Shown piece after piece: positions 1 to 10,148 of a stretch of 47,746 bases of DNA. Source of the stretch: a virus. Lineage: Duplodnaviria > Caudoviricetes. The position numbers and the translations under genes were made by a program. The stretch's first letter is position 1; every line of letters starts with the position of its first letter. The DNA lies in IMG/VR virus record IMGVR_UViG_3300048444_000079, positions 1-47,746 of that record. The stretch is one strand, 5' to 3'. The notes under the pieces were generated by a model, which saw only the letters and a program-made list of their open reading frames with translations, was not told the DNA's origin and searched no databases.

Positions 1-134
1 TTGTTGGCGTATTTTGGGTTGGCTTGGTAACGCGCTACGCGATCCATCGCGACCTTGTGTGCGAGTGCAGGCGCGACCATGCCCATGTTGACGAGTGCGC
101 GTAGTTCTGTGCGGGATGTGTGTGAAAGGTTCAT
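1..134 (-). CDS. Partial hypothetical protein (runs off the window start)
   Basis: ATG at 134-132 with AGGAG RBS (ctcct 142-146 on +). Open frame MNLSHTSRTELRALVNMGMVAPALAHKV... to position 1. Not in the ORF track. Confidence 0.6.
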   Translation of the reverse strand, partial: MNLSHTSRTELRALVNMGMVAPALAHKVAMDRVARYQANPKYAN

Positions 135-246
135 TGGAAAACTCCTTGTGTGTGAACCGCCTGTGCAGCAGGCACCGACCAAGCTCCAAAGCAGAGCTGG
201 CAACCCTCTTTGATCCAGAGACCCTATAGGGTCTCGTCGCGAGTGC

Positions 247-278
247 GGGACGACTGTGCGCCCGCAAGCACGTAACCT
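247..278 (+). promoter_or_regulatory. Putative phage late promoter upstream of terS (GGGACGAC-N18-TAACCT)
   Basis: Copy of the GGGACGAC motif that recurs about 18-19 bp before a -10-like hexamer across the genome. Confidence 0.55.
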
Positions 279-541
279 GCGGGTATGACATGCGAACCCC
301 GATTTTCCGCTGCGCAGGGACCACAACCCGAAACGTTCCAACGTAGTTGGAAGCCCATTGACCCTTCCAAGGGGGCAAAAAACCCTTGTAAAACAAGGGG
401 TTTTTGGGAAATCTGCCGAAATCTCGCCCGATCAGGCGATGGGGGGCGGGGGGACCGTCCCGCCGATTGGTTTTTCGACAATCGCCATTGCCGACCCTCC
501 GAGAAATCTGAGCAAAATTGAAAACGTCAGGAGCAACCTCA

Positions 542-883
542 ATGCCAAACAACCCAAAAGGCCGTATTGGAGCGCAAAACGGCAAGAAACTTACGCCATT
601 ACAGGTCGCAAACATGCGTGCTGGCCTCTATTCCAAGGTGGAACGCCAGATTGGTGAGGCTCACAAGGTAGTCATGGGGGAAATAGGGTGGTCGCCCACG
701 CAAGCACGCGTATTCGCCACCATGCTCAACAAGGTTATGCCCGATCTGACCGCACAATTCGTACAGCACGAACACACAATCGACGCTGATCCAGAAAAAC
801 TATCACGCGCACAGCTAGAAGCCATCGCTTCTGGCGTAAACGACATCATCGACGCCGAAGTTGTAGAAGAAGAAGAGAAATGA
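542..883 (+). CDS. terS: Terminase small subunit (putative)
   Basis: Overlaps the terL start. AGGAG RBS before ATG 542. Helical protein with acidic C-terminus (IIDAEVVEEE). Confidence 0.7.
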   Translation: MPNNPKGRIGAQNGKKLTPLQVANMRAGLYSKVERQIGEAHKVVMGEIGWSPTQARVFATMLNKVMPDLTAQFVQHEHTIDADPEKLSRAQLEAIASGVNDIIDAEVVEEEEK

Positions 884-2535
884 GCATCACACCGCAACAG
901 GCTGCACGTCAGCTACTCAAATTAAAGAACGCAGAAGACAGTTTCCTTGGCTTCGTCAAGCTAATGTACCCAAAGTGGGACTTGCCCGACTTTCACCTAA
1001 AGATGATCGACGCCCTTGACCGCCTTGAGAAGAACACCCTCACGTCACACTTCGGCCTAGAGGAAGCAGAGCGACGCAAAACAGACAAAGTACCCGTACG
1101 CAACGTACTAATCACCATGCCACCACGTCACGGCAAATCAACCTACGGCTCTGTCATCTTCCCCGCCTACTTCATGGCGAAGAAACCCAACCGCTTCATG
1201 ATGTCCACGTCATATAACAGCCAACTAGCAACGGACTTCGGTAGACAGGTCCGCGACCTAGTCAACGAACCCCAAGTTCCGCAAGTCTTTCCAGACTTTG
1301 AGATGTCACAGGATAGTCGTGCGGTGGACCAGTGGCGTACCACATCTGGTGGAGCAGCCTACTTTATCGGTGTAGGGGGTACAACATCTGGTCGCGCCGC
1401 AAATCTGCTTTTACTAGACGATCCGCTGAAGTCAAGAGAGGATGCGGAGAGTGCCACACAAAGAAATAAAATCTGGAATTACTATGTATCCGCTTTATCA
1501 ACCCGTCTCCAACCAGACATTGATAATATACCCCCCGCCCAGATTGTCATACTTACCCGATGGCACCCCGACGACCCTGCTGGACGCCTCATGCAAACCG
1601 ACGACTGGCGAGAGGGAAGATGGCTTCATATCAATTTCCCAGCAATTTCCGAGGCACCAGTACGAGGAGATCACGGAAAGATTTCTCGAAGTTCTCTTGA
1701 TCCGTCTGATCCTAGCTACCTCGCTCCTAACGAGGCGTCGAAGATCAGCCCCAGCAAGCGATACATCCGCAAGACAGAGCGAACAGCCCTCTGGCCCGAA
1801 CGCTTTCCCGTCGAAGAACTCGAACGAAGACAACGCCTCAACCCCAGAGAGTTCGCCTCCCTCTACCAGCAAACCCCCTACATCGAAGGCGGCAACCTAA
1901 TCCGCCAACACTGGTGGCGTACTTACCCATCAGACATGAAGCCTGAACGTTTCACCTCTCTAATCATCGCAGCCGACACCGCGTTCAAAGCGAAACAGGA
2001 CAGCGACTACTCTGTAATGATTGTCTGCGGCCTCGACACCAACGGGGACATCTACATAGTCGACCTAGTACGTGAACGTTTCGAGTTCCCTGAACTCAAG
2101 CGCAAGATGATTATGCTAAACAACCAGTGGCGCGGACGCGGCCTACGTGGTATATATATAGAAGACAAAGCATCAGGCCAGTCACTCATTCAAGAACTCA
2201 AGCGGGAAAGCGGCGTGTCCGTCATTCCGTATAAAATTTCATCCGACAAAGTCTCACGTCTCAACGCAGTGCTGCCCTTAATTGAGGGGGGACGAGTATT
2301 CTTACCAGAGACAGCAAACTGGCTGGACGCATTTTACAACGAGTGCCAATCATTCCCTTCTGGTACGCACGATGACCAGATCGACGCCCTCTCTATTGGC
2401 CTCGATGTCCTCGCCCGCACCCCAGCAACAGGCGAATATTATCAGCCACCATCTTTCCTTCCGTCCGAAAAGAACAGCGTCTTCGCTCACACCTCTGACC
2501 TTAGTGGGGGACAGTGGCGAGGATGGGGTGAATAG
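880..2535 (+). CDS. terL: Terminase large subunit
   Basis: Walker A MPPRHGKS, Walker B LLLLDDP, TRWH motif, C-terminal RNase H-like nuclease (ADTAF, IEDKASG, HDDQIDA). Confidence 0.96.
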   Translation: MSITPQQAARQLLKLKNAEDSFLGFVKLMYPKWDLPDFHLKMIDALDRLEKNTLTSHFGLEEAERRKTDKVPVRNVLITMPPRHGKSTYGSVIFPAYFMAKKPNRFMMSTSYNSQLATDFGRQVRDLVNEPQVPQVFPDFEMSQDSRAVDQWRTTSGGAAYFIGVGGTTSGRAANLLLLDDPLKSREDAESATQRNKIWNYYVSALSTRLQPDIDNIPPAQIVILTRWHPDDPAGRLMQTDDWREGRWLHINFPAISEAPVRGDHGKISRSSLDPSDPSYLAPNEASKISPSKRYIRKTERTALWPERFPVEELERRQRLNPREFASLYQQTPYIEGGNLIRQHWWRTYPSDMKPERFTSLIIAADTAFKAKQDSDYSVMIVCGLDTNGDIYIVDLVRERFEFPELKRKMIMLNNQWRGRGLRGIYIEDKASGQSLIQELKRESGVSVIPYKISSDKVSRLNAVLPLIEGGRVFLPETANWLDAFYNECQSFPSGTHDDQIDALSIGLDVLARTPATGEYYQPPSFLPSEKNSVFAHTSDLSGGQWRGWGE

Positions 2536-2567
2536 GGACGACTAAACCTATCAGAAGAGCGTAAATA
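2535..2567 (+). promoter_or_regulatory. Putative late promoter for the portal gene
   Basis: GGGACGAC 2535-2542 followed by GTAAAT/TAAATA at 2561-2567 in the terL-portal gap. Confidence 0.6.
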
Positions 2568-2573
2568 GTACCC

Positions 2574-4502
2574 ATGACGTTGACAACTACACACTATCGC
2601 GCAGAGTACGTTCCTGACGGTGACGGCATCGTGGTCGATCTTTCCGATCACGCCGAAGCACTTATGAACTACGACGACATATCTTCACGCCTTAGTGCGG
2701 AGCAAGAGCAACGTATCGTAGATTACGTCAAGGCCGCGATGCAAATGTCGTATGACCGCATTTCGCGTCGATACGATCATTGGACCCAAGCAGACCGCGC
2801 ACACGATGTGTACGTCCGCCCTGACGCAACCTCTTTCCGCGAAAAGGCCGTTATCGCGGATACGCGAGCCATAGCTGACACAGTACTTACGTACCTTATG
2901 GCTGCGCTCACAGGCCGCAACCCTATGTTCCAGTTGGAGGGTCTTAACCGCAAGTCTCGTAAATCATCGGCTATCATCGAACGCCTTCTGCACCAGCAGA
3001 TGCGTCGAACAGCAGGGGAGGCTCGACTTGCCCAACACCTTCTTGACTGTATTCGGTACGGATACGCACCCACGAAAGTTACGTGGAATGCTGAAAGCCG
3101 AACAAACGAAATCACAAACTTCGACCCGCGTCGCGTATTCCATGACCCCCGTGTCCAGTGGGGGGACTGGGACAAGATGCAGTACATCATCTTCTCCGAT
3201 TACTCTTCCTTCGATGCCTTGGTACAAACAGGAATGTACCCAAAGCTCACGGAGTACCCAGCCCTCCGCAACCGCCTCACACCTCCTGCTGGTGGGTGGG
3301 ACGGACACCGTTGGCACCAAGAAGCGGGACGAGGACTAAGCATTGACCCCGCCGAGCGCAACAAGCGCGAAAGCGGCGGCACCTTCTTCACCCTTGGCGA
3401 CAGCCGCGTAGTCGACGAGTGTTGGCTACGCTTGGCGGGATACGAGATCAACATGCCACAGCTAGACCACGTCTGGCTGTGCGTAACGATCCTAGACGAG
3501 AACGTTGTAATACGTTTTCAACTTAACCCTTACGGACGCCAGTTCCCAGTAACCATAGGCGGGCTTTACCATGACGCACACAAAACCTACTCCCAGTCCT
3601 TGTACGACTTGCTCCTCCCCTTGCACGACATCGCAACGTGGCTCCTTCGCTCACGTATCGACAACGTACAAGCAGCCCTATCAAACCTTATCTTTGTTGA
3701 TCCCACTCAAATTGCAATCGGTGACCTCATTGACCGAAACCCCCATGGGCTTGTACGAACAATGCCTGGGGCCGACGTCGGAAAGGGCGTATTCATAGCC
3801 CAAGTGCCAGATGTCACGAGAGGCCATTGGCAAGACATCGAAGCCATGTCTGGCCTCAAGCAACGTCTTTCTGCCGCGTCCGATGCCCAGCAGGGTATGC
3901 CGACGGCAGACGGGATACGGACAGCCACAGAAATCCAGCGGTTAACACAGCTAGGTTCTCAGCGTCTAGGCGTCCTATCCCGCGTTATCTCGTCAACCTC
4001 CATCCGACCAATGGTACGCATGATGGTTGCGAACATCCAAGACTTCTTCGACCCAGAAGGCTCTATCCGTATCACGGAGAGCGACAGTGCCTCTATCGTC
4101 GCAGACAAGGTCAAGGATGGTTATCTGGACTTCAACCTTCCAGAAATCCAAGGCGACATCGACTACCTAGTTGTAGACGGAACACTGCCACTCGAACCGA
4201 CACGCAACGCCGAAACTTGGATCAACATGCTTAAAATCCTTAACGAGACAGGCATGGCGATGGAGTACAACTCTGGCAAAGTCGTCGAGGAAGCGATCCG
4301 CAGCATGGGCGTTTCTGACTTAGACCAGTTCAAGATTTCCAAAGAGCAATCCAAAGAAGGCCCAACGCCATCGCAGCAAATGATGCTGCTCGAAAAGATG
4401 CGCGGTGCTTCCGTACAGCCGCAAGGCAATATCGAAGACGAAGTTAAGAAGGGCAACCTTGTACCAATGAAGGAGGCACCTAATGCCAAACCCCGTCAGT
4501 AG
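2574..4502 (+). CDS. Portal protein (podovirus type)
   Basis: 642 aa directly after terL, with RTATEI motif and Q-rich C-terminus typical of podoviral portals. Confidence 0.88.
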   Translation: MTLTTTHYRAEYVPDGDGIVVDLSDHAEALMNYDDISSRLSAEQEQRIVDYVKAAMQMSYDRISRRYDHWTQADRAHDVYVRPDATSFREKAVIADTRAIADTVLTYLMAALTGRNPMFQLEGLNRKSRKSSAIIERLLHQQMRRTAGEARLAQHLLDCIRYGYAPTKVTWNAESRTNEITNFDPRRVFHDPRVQWGDWDKMQYIIFSDYSSFDALVQTGMYPKLTEYPALRNRLTPPAGGWDGHRWHQEAGRGLSIDPAERNKRESGGTFFTLGDSRVVDECWLRLAGYEINMPQLDHVWLCVTILDENVVIRFQLNPYGRQFPVTIGGLYHDAHKTYSQSLYDLLLPLHDIATWLLRSRIDNVQAALSNLIFVDPTQIAIGDLIDRNPHGLVRTMPGADVGKGVFIAQVPDVTRGHWQDIEAMSGLKQRLSAASDAQQGMPTADGIRTATEIQRLTQLGSQRLGVLSRVISSTSIRPMVRMMVANIQDFFDPEGSIRITESDSASIVADKVKDGYLDFNLPEIQGDIDYLVVDGTLPLEPTRNAETWINMLKILNETGMAMEYNSGKVVEEAIRSMGVSDLDQFKISKEQSKEGPTPSQQMMLLEKMRGASVQPQGNIEDEVKKGNLVPMKEAPNAKPRQ

Positions 4503-4749
4503 CCGTCATTGGGCATCTCAAGTTGATGCGACAGTACGCGAATATATAGAGGCCCGCATTCACGAAGAATTAAAGCCAATGCGGGACGACATAGAGGCAC
4601 TTCGTGGTGCAATATCACGGACAAGAGAAAGCCTACAGCGCGATATGGGCGACGTGGCAGGCCGCGTAACAAATGCAGAAGACATATTAGAAATGTCCTC
4701 TACCCGCGTAGCACAGTTGGCAAAGCTCGCAAAAGAGAAGGATGAATAA
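4483..4749 (+). CDS. Hypothetical coiled-coil protein
   Basis: GGAGG RBS, translationally coupled to both neighbours. Confidence 0.7.
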   Translation: MPNPVSSRHWASQVDATVREYIEARIHEELKPMRDDIEALRGAISRTRESLQRDMGDVAGRVTNAEDILEMSSTRVAQLAKLAKEKDE

Positions 4750-5285
4750 TGGCACGCACACGCGTCCCCAGTGAACAGCTTAATTTCCGTTCCGAGAACA
4801 CAGGAACGCATCTTCTTGATACATACCTTGAAGACGCCGAGAAAGGTGGGCTTACGCTTGCTGCCCTCATGGGCAAGTTGTTCGACGACGCTACGGGCGA
4901 CATCGACGCATTCGAGTTTCGCTATACAAATGCCAACGACACACAGACATTGGAACTTCGTATCGGTACGGACGCAGAGTTCCAAGAGGTTGCATCCTTC
5001 ACGCAACTCTTCACTGACCTTGAGAACTTCAAGACTACTGCACTCGCAGACATGGAGCTTAAAAGAACAGACGCAGAAGAGAGCGCGGCAGAAGCACTAG
5101 CATCTGAAGATGCAGCCGAACTTGCACAACAACTTTCAGAAGGCGCACGCGACGCAGCTATTTCTGCACGCGACCTTGCCCAGACTTACATGAACCAAGC
5201 GTACCAAACGACACCTACTGTCATCCAGCAGGGCATTCTACTTTCCCAGCTACATGGCGAACTATTTAACGGGAGTACACTGTAA
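4749..5285 (+). CDS. Putative tail-fibre anchor/adaptor protein
   Basis: N-terminal ~90 aa visibly homologous to the N-terminus of tail protein 17162-18730, followed by an Ala-rich coiled coil. Confidence 0.6.
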   Translation: MARTRVPSEQLNFRSENTGTHLLDTYLEDAEKGGLTLAALMGKLFDDATGDIDAFEFRYTNANDTQTLELRIGTDAEFQEVASFTQLFTDLENFKTTALADMELKRTDAEESAAEALASEDAAELAQQLSEGARDAAISARDLAQTYMNQAYQTTPTVIQQGILLSQLHGELFNGSTL

Positions 5286-5653
5286 TGCCCAATATTTCAG
5301 TAGCAGACCAGCAGGCGTTAGCGGACGAACTATCCACGCGCTTAACATCTCTGGACAACGCGACGCCTAACGCCGACTTGGTGTACTTGGCTCGCATGAT
5401 CGAAATTTTCAACGGCAATGCCAACCTATCGGCAGTGTCGTCTGAAGGTGATACGCAGCTTTCGCGTATCCAAGGTGCGGGTGACCAAGAGATTGTAGAT
5501 GTACAATCAGAAGGCACCGTACAGGTGAACGCTGTTCAGACAGCTTCAGCAACCGAGCAGAACGCTCTTAACGGCCTGCAAACGAGCATCCAGTCCGCGT
5601 TGAACGCGTACCAGATGTCACCGTTGAAGGTTTATTTCCTATCACAATCGTAA
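5285..5653 (+). CDS. Hypothetical structural (fibre-associated) protein
   Basis: Coupled ORF with EGxxQ(L/V/I) heptad-like repeats, within the fibre cassette. Confidence 0.6.
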   Translation: MPNISVADQQALADELSTRLTSLDNATPNADLVYLARMIEIFNGNANLSAVSSEGDTQLSRIQGAGDQEIVDVQSEGTVQVNAVQTASATEQNALNGLQTSIQSALNAYQMSPLKVYFLSQS

Positions 5654-5665
5654 ACGAGGACAACT

Positions 5666-7522
5666 ATGGCTAACGGACTATTAGGAAAAAAGGTCGTAAA
5701 TGCTCGCGATACGGAAGTTGTTTACACAGTTCCGTCTTCCCGCACCACGACCTTTAACTTGAACATTCTTAACGACGGCGCAAACGACGCTAACGTTAAT
5801 GTTTTTATTTCGGACAAAGAGTACCAGACAAAAGACTTTGAGGATTATCTTAATCCTACAATGTATACTAAAACATGGGTTGATGCTGACACATCAAACA
5901 CTCTTGATTTGATCGGTACAAACACATCTACGCTTCTGACTGCGTTGAAGACAACTCCTGTCGAGCCAGCATCAGCGAACACTGCGTCCAACCCAATCGC
6001 GGCAAAAGAGATATTCACATATCAAACAGCTACAGATATTGGCGGTACAGATTATCACTTTGCCGTTTCAGACACAGATAACGTTGGGAACCCTCTGCCG
6101 TTTTACAATGGAGCAGAGCTTTACATTCGCGCTCCACACGACGGCGGTGTATACACTCTAACAAATTATGTAACTTCTGGCGGAACGGCTACTACAGCAG
6201 CGTCGAACTACGGCATGACCGCTACGGACAATATCTTGTGGGCCACCAGCCAAGAGGGTGCGTTTGCGATGGCGTATGTTCAGGGTGTTCCTGGTTCATC
6301 AGGTTCGTTGGTCAACACGATTGCGGACTACCGTGCGACTACTGCGGCATACAACACAGCGTTTACATGGGGTCTAGGTTCGATCTCTAAAATTGCTGGC
6401 GTCAAGACTGCTGAAGAGCGTTTCATCGTTGGTACGTCAACAGGCTTTAACTACATCTCTGACGACGCCACCCCAGAAGCGCAGAACGAGTTTACATCTA
6501 ATTCAATGTCACCACCCACAGGCGTATCTGGTTATATGATCGGTGCAGCAGCAATCGAAGGCTCAACAGCCAACGAGGGTAATCTGTTCATCGCGTACTC
6601 TGGTGGCAAAGTTGCGTACGCAGCTTACACAGCAGCAGAACCATTCCCGACAACAAACTACAGCGTATTCGACTTCCCAACAGGGGTTGCTTACGCGGAC
6701 GTCGTTGACATCCGTGCGGAAGGCAGCGCATTGGTTATCGTTGTTGCTGGCGGCAAGAAGCATTCAACAACAGACTTGGGTGTAACTTGGACCGAGAGCA
6801 AGCACTACGCAAAAGTTCCAGTGAACGTTGGCGTATCTTCAGTCGACGGGTCTAACCGTTTTGTTGACGGACAGCTTACTACAAAAGTACCTGAATGGAC
6901 ATTTGTACGTGGGCGCACATATCGCTTCCACCAAACAGGCTCTTCAAACAACAACCATCCAATGCTGTTCTCAACAACAGCAGGTGGTCCACACTCAAAT
7001 GGCACAGCCTATGAAGACGGCGTAACTTACTATGTTGGTGACGCGACAGCCACATCGGATCACGCGCAAGTCGTAACAACAGCGGCAGACTACGAGACAC
7101 ACTTTGAGGACGCGACATATGCATCGCAACCAAAGATCATCGAATGGACTGTGCCTTCTGACGCGCCTGATACGCTTTACACCTACTGCCCTAACCACAC
7201 AGGCATGGGCTGGGCGTTCTCAATCGTGGACGAAGAAACAACCGATCCACATGACGATGCCACGGCTTTGGTTACCTCTACACTGTGGAACGACGCAAAT
7301 GGTGACGCGAACCGCCGTTACGACTTGATGTTCAACGGCGAACTATACATGCGTGAAAAGCGTTTCTTTGAACTGCCACAAGCTGACAAGTACGAGAAAT
7401 CTGAGATTGCTGCTGGCGAAATCTTGGAGCGTACAGCGATCATGGCATCGCAAGGTGAACAAGTAATCGTAACAACGGATCAGGACGACATCATCGTTCG
7501 TATCCACGGCATCGAGGAATAA
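5666..7522 (+). CDS. Virion structural / receptor-binding protein with cupredoxin-like domain
   Basis: GAGG RBS. Thr/Ser/Gly beta-rich. Contains HP...YCPNHTGMG motif and an Asp-box-like STTDLGVTW. Confidence 0.65.
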   Translation: MANGLLGKKVVNARDTEVVYTVPSSRTTTFNLNILNDGANDANVNVFISDKEYQTKDFEDYLNPTMYTKTWVDADTSNTLDLIGTNTSTLLTALKTTPVEPASANTASNPIAAKEIFTYQTATDIGGTDYHFAVSDTDNVGNPLPFYNGAELYIRAPHDGGVYTLTNYVTSGGTATTAASNYGMTATDNILWATSQEGAFAMAYVQGVPGSSGSLVNTIADYRATTAAYNTAFTWGLGSISKIAGVKTAEERFIVGTSTGFNYISDDATPEAQNEFTSNSMSPPTGVSGYMIGAAAIEGSTANEGNLFIAYSGGKVAYAAYTAAEPFPTTNYSVFDFPTGVAYADVVDIRAEGSALVIVVAGGKKHSTTDLGVTWTESKHYAKVPVNVGVSSVDGSNRFVDGQLTTKVPEWTFVRGRTYRFHQTGSSNNNHPMLFSTTAGGPHSNGTAYEDGVTYYVGDATATSDHAQVVTTAADYETHFEDATYASQPKIIEWTVPSDAPDTLYTYCPNHTGMGWAFSIVDEETTDPHDDATALVTSTLWNDANGDANRRYDLMFNGELYMREKRFFELPQADKYEKSEIAAGEILERTAIMASQGEQVIVTTDQDDIIVRIHGIEE

Positions 7523-7528
7523 AGACAC

Positions 7529-9637
7529 ATGGCACGTATCCGTAGACCTAAGAAAATTACTGGTGGCGAGTACACCTTCGGTGGCGGAGGTGGTGGCGCA
7601 TCAGGTGACGTAGTTCGCTTCATGCGATATTCAGACAATGCTGTTGAAAACGGCGGCACTGGTGTTCTGCATGATGCGGGTACGAAAGCCGTTTTTAAGC
7701 CTATCAAAATAACACTGGAAGCGGGTCTTTCTGTCGATAACACCGCCCAAACAAATTCTCGCGTTTATTGGGACCACGCTTTTGAAGCACCTGTCAGTGT
7801 AGACGCGATACTTGTTACCGAGGCTGACGAACTACCAAGTGGCGTTGGGTCAACTGTTCCAACTGGGTTGAGCGTAAACAACAACACTGACAGCACCAAT
7901 ACTGACACTGGTAATATATATTTTAGTGGCACGGTCAATTCGGCAGTAGAGGCTGGCACCTACAAGTTCCGTTATCGCGTTTCACAAAATGGTTGGACAG
8001 TAAATTACATCGACTACGAAGTAGAAGTTTGGCCCCAAGGTACGACCCCTACTTTCTCGTCAACTGTATTTACGGCAGACCGAATTATCCGCAATCTAGC
8101 TGACAAACAATACCTCACACCCGCTATTACTGCGACAGAAGCTGTTGGCTTTTACATCACTGCGAACACTGGTTTCGCTGCTGGTGCAACACCAAAGATT
8201 GAAACGGACGGACGTGTTTATGTTGAGAATGTTGGCGATATTGAAGCGGCATCACAGGCTCACACTGTAACGATCCGTGTTGATCTTGGTCAGTACGGCG
8301 TTGTCGATCAGCAAATTACAGGTAACATTTCTTACGGCGACCCTTATGGCTCTCGCTATTTTGGTCCAGTGAATGCGTATCGTGATTACAGTGGTGGCGA
8401 CTATCGTACCCACTCAGACCCTACTCGCGTAGATGGCAGTTACTGGCACAACTTCAAAATCAACCAAGGTGCATTGAACTTCATCACAAACACTGGACGC
8501 TCAAACACGCCTTATACGTCTTCATACAATGGGGTTGTTAGTTACAGTGATAGTGGTGGTGCTGGTACAAGTGCTTCAGGCACTACAGCAGCAATGCGAA
8601 CTAACTATCAAGGCAGTTTTTGGACAAGTGCTAACGGCTACCAACAAATTTATAAGTGGACTGTTCCAAACGGCGTTACAGAGTTTTCAGTAGTTGCCAT
8701 CGGAGCAGGCGCACCAGGATCATACAACTGGTCAAACCACGGCGGTGGGGGCGGTGGCCTCGCGTACTGTAACGCAATTACATGCACCCCAGGAGAGACT
8801 TTTATTGTTGCCGTTGGTGTTCCTCGCTATCGCGTCAGTAGCCAAAGCCAATACCACAGCGGCGATAGCTTCCTAATGCGTGAAAGCAATAACGAGTATA
8901 TCGTTATCGGCTACGGTGGTGGTCACTATTCTGGTCGTAACGCACCTTATGGATGGATCGGAAGTTCTCGCTCCAATTCAAACAGCGTACCGAGCAACCC
9001 AACAAGCCTAACTCTTTCAAGTAACCCACAGTTTAACAACATGAAAGATCCTGGTTCTGCTGCTGCTAACACAACTTATGGAAGCTACGGTGCTTACTAT
9101 TCTGGCTGGTCAACTAGCTATGGTCACGGTGGTGCCGCAGGCGGTTACCGTGGTGTAGGATCAGGAGGCAGCAACGGGGGGAGTTCATCTAACGGCGCAG
9201 GCCGCAATGGTCGCGATTATTCATCCACTTGGGGTGGATCAGGTGGTGGAGGCACAGGCGCAGACGGAAACGGACGCGGCACGTCAGACTTCGGCTACTC
9301 ATATGGTTCTGGCGATCCCAGCAGCGACACCAACAGCTATGCCAACATCGGCTCACACGGCTACCGCTACGGCGGTTCTGGTGGATCGGGCGGCACCCGT
9401 GGTGATTGGGGCGAAAACCCATACACAGGTCGTGGGCATTTTGAGAACACCAACTACGGTGCGTCAGGTGGACTACATGGCGGCGGTGGCGGCGGATCAG
9501 GCTCCAACGGTAGCCCAGGAGGTGGTCGTGGTGGCCCAGGATGCGTACGGATCATCTGGGGTGCAGTGGGTGGTACGCAACGTGCGTTCCCGAACACTTA
9601 CACCACAGAGCGCATTGAAATAAATGGACAGACTTAA
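7529..9637 (+). CDS. Glycine-rich tail fibre / receptor-binding protein
   Basis: C-terminal Gly-rich domain bounded by WTVPNGVTEFSVVAIGAG and GGPGCVRIIWG, followed by a fibre chaperone gene. Confidence 0.8.
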   Translation: MARIRRPKKITGGEYTFGGGGGGASGDVVRFMRYSDNAVENGGTGVLHDAGTKAVFKPIKITLEAGLSVDNTAQTNSRVYWDHAFEAPVSVDAILVTEADELPSGVGSTVPTGLSVNNNTDSTNTDTGNIYFSGTVNSAVEAGTYKFRYRVSQNGWTVNYIDYEVEVWPQGTTPTFSSTVFTADRIIRNLADKQYLTPAITATEAVGFYITANTGFAAGATPKIETDGRVYVENVGDIEAASQAHTVTIRVDLGQYGVVDQQITGNISYGDPYGSRYFGPVNAYRDYSGGDYRTHSDPTRVDGSYWHNFKINQGALNFITNTGRSNTPYTSSYNGVVSYSDSGGAGTSASGTTAAMRTNYQGSFWTSANGYQQIYKWTVPNGVTEFSVVAIGAGAPGSYNWSNHGGGGGGLAYCNAITCTPGETFIVAVGVPRYRVSSQSQYHSGDSFLMRESNNEYIVIGYGGGHYSGRNAPYGWIGSSRSNSNSVPSNPTSLTLSSNPQFNNMKDPGSAAANTTYGSYGAYYSGWSTSYGHGGAAGGYRGVGSGGSNGGSSSNGAGRNGRDYSSTWGGSGGGGTGADGNGRGTSDFGYSYGSGDPSSDTNSYANIGSHGYRYGGSGGSGGTRGDWGENPYTGRGHFENTNYGASGGLHGGGGGGSGSNGSPGGGRGGPGCVRIIWGAVGGTQRAFPNTYTTERIEINGQT

Positions 9638-9647
9638 GGAGTGACAA

Positions 9648-9899
9648 ATGGCTTTTGAAGACACACTTCGCGCTACACGCGATGCAAAGTTACAGCAGTC
9701 AGATGTTGATATGCTTCGCGCCATAGAAGGCGCAGCATCATTCTCAGCATTTGTCACTGCTCGTGCTGAATGGATCACATACAGACAAGCCTTGCGGGAT
9801 TTACCCGCGAGCTTTCCTGAAGAAATGGATGAAAGCAACATTCCAGCAATGCCTCTTTCACCAACAGAACAGGCAACATTAGACGCAGCAACGGAGTAA
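9648..9899 (+). CDS. Tail fibre assembly chaperone
   Basis: R..RD.KL..SD and WITYRQALRDLP motifs, AGGAG RBS, directly after the fibre. Confidence 0.8.
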   Translation: MAFEDTLRATRDAKLQQSDVDMLRAIEGAASFSAFVTARAEWITYRQALRDLPASFPEEMDESNIPAMPLSPTEQATLDAATE

Positions 9900-9908
9900 A
9901 ACTGCACC

Positions 9909-10148
9909 ATGAAAATCATTTCTTACACTGACCCTAACAACAAACAATGCTACGCAGACGTTAGTCAATTTGCGTGTATCATGACCGAACGCGCTCCCTT
10001 AATACCTGACATGCCTCCTCCCGAACACGAGTGGCTAACAAAGGTATGTCTTTCTCATAGAGGTGGTTACATCCTTGCGACGGAAGATTGCGATACTATG
10101 TGCCGCAAAATCCAAAACGCGCTAGGGGTGGACTGGTCTGATGTATGA
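9909..10148 (+). CDS. Hypothetical protein
   Basis: Fills the gap and overlaps the next start. Confidence 0.6.
   Translation: MKIISYTDPNNKQCYADVSQFACIMTERAPLIPDMPPPEHEWLTKVCLSHRGGYILATEDCDTMCRKIQNALGVDWSDV

Noticed and set aside
224-657. Short track ORFs upstream of terS
   Set aside because: Overlap hairpins and the G-tract with no convincing RBS; the region looks non-coding
7529-9637. Diversity-generating retroelement target in the fibre gene
   Set aside because: No reverse transcriptase and no template/variable repeat pair seen
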